Below, piece after piece: positions 63,551 through 64,000 of a DNA stretch of 64,000 bases. A program made the translations under genes and the position numbers. The notes beneath the pieces are model-generated. The model was not told the DNA's origin. It was given only the letters and a program-made list of their open reading frames with translations, and did no database searches. Source of the DNA: an uncultured Candidatus Saccharibacteria bacterium (GTDB lineage Bacteria > Patescibacteriota > Saccharimonadia > Saccharimonadales > Saccharimonadaceae); assembly GCA_964537815.1 (NCBI GenBank), contig CAZIDJ010000002.1:996-64995 (forward strand), in the 5' to 3' direction. Every line of letters starts with the position of its first letter. The first letter of the stretch is position 1.

Positions 63551-64000
63551 ATGAATCTCACGTTCGAACCGCACACTGTCCCACAAGTTTACGACGCGTA
63601 TGACGAAGATCCCGAGCTTGTAGCACTCATACGACTCTGTATGGCTGCGGAGGGCAATGAGGATGGTGATTTCAACGAACGAGCGGCATACGAGCTTGAT
63701 AAGCTTGAGGCTTCGGAGGTATACGTTGTACGGGGAGACACTGCAAGGATTCTAGGATTACTGGCCGTAAATGTGAGCGAGCGAAATGAGGCTAAGACCC
63801 TTCTCATTGAAGCAATTGCAGTTGACGCACGACTTCGGGATCGCAAGATTGGCTCTAAGATTTTACATTTTGCCGAAATTCTCGCCCTTGACCATGGGTG
63901 CACATCAGTGCAGGCCTATGCCCTTGATGACGATAAGGTAATAGGATTTTATGAGCGACAGGGGTATGATGAGCTCAGCATGCATGGAGCGTATGTACAC
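63551..64000 (+). CDS. GNAT family N-acetyltransferase, 3' truncated by the window end (absent from the ORF track because it has no stop)
   Basis: Open frame of 150 codons translated by hand; motif A IAVDARLRDRKIGSKIL and FYERQGY; TGaTATAAT lies 7 nt upstream of the ATG. Confidence 0.7.
   Translation, partial: MNLTFEPHTVPQVYDAYDEDPELVALIRLCMAAEGNEDGDFNERAAYELDKLEASEVYVVRGDTARILGLLAVNVSERNEAKTLLIEAIAVDARLRDRKIGSKILHFAEILALDHGCTSVQAYALDDDKVIGFYERQGYDELSMHGAYVH

Noticed and set aside
63589-63903. Minus-strand ORF of 104 aa
   Set aside because: It is a shadow of the + strand GNAT acetyltransferase frame (63551 to the window end). That frame has clear GNAT motif A and a leaderless-type promoter.

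Overview
The window is a gene-dense stretch of bacterial chromosome, about 90% coding, with no rRNA, tRNA, CRISPR array, transposase or integrase that I could recognise. The content looks like a reduced-genome Patescibacteria/CPR organism, possibly Saccharibacteria-like. That is an inference from gene content: many type IV pilin-like genes, sigma-region-4/HARE-HTH and PaaX-like proteins, and a reduced dcw cluster.

The left 49 kb is almost entirely on the + strand:
- Translation, secretion and wall: serS, hpf, secA, an M16 peptidase, murD with a translationally coupled PP-loop protein (possible MurL), prfB, lemA, and a TPM-domain gene.
- Division and signalling: ftsEX followed by a coiled-coil CHAP hydrolase (PcsB-like), an S41 protease, receiver proteins, and a Fic protein.
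- Repair and housekeeping: xseAB, recO, glyQS.
- Accessory genes: a Phd/Doc-type pair, hydrolases, ybaK/folC, a Pif1-like helicase, and GH1/yvcK/HAD.
- A reduced dcw cluster: mraZ-rsmH-ftsL-ftsI-mraY-ftsW-murG-ftsQ.

At 49.4-50.0 kb gene orientation flips across a 670-bp non-coding, repeat-bearing region. The right 14 kb is mostly on the - strand: kup, a large TraD/VirD4-like ATPase, a sigma-r4 plus HARE-HTH protein, a pilin, topA, dprA and pth.

The most interesting candidates are:
1. An AT-richer two-gene cassette at 33.3-35.1 kb. It pairs a KwaB/DUF4868-like protein with a phosphoribosyltransferase-like protein and has no KwaA.
2. The minus-strand ATPase / HARE-HTH / pilin / topA / dprA cluster.
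3. The repeat-rich convergence region at 49.4-50.0 kb.
4. A stand-alone promoter-to-T-run unit of about 360 nt with no ORF at 60.7-61.1 kb.
5. A pervasive arrangement of a -10 box 6-8 nt upstream of the ATG, implying leaderless mRNAs.

All family assignments come from motif recognition by eye. No database search was run.
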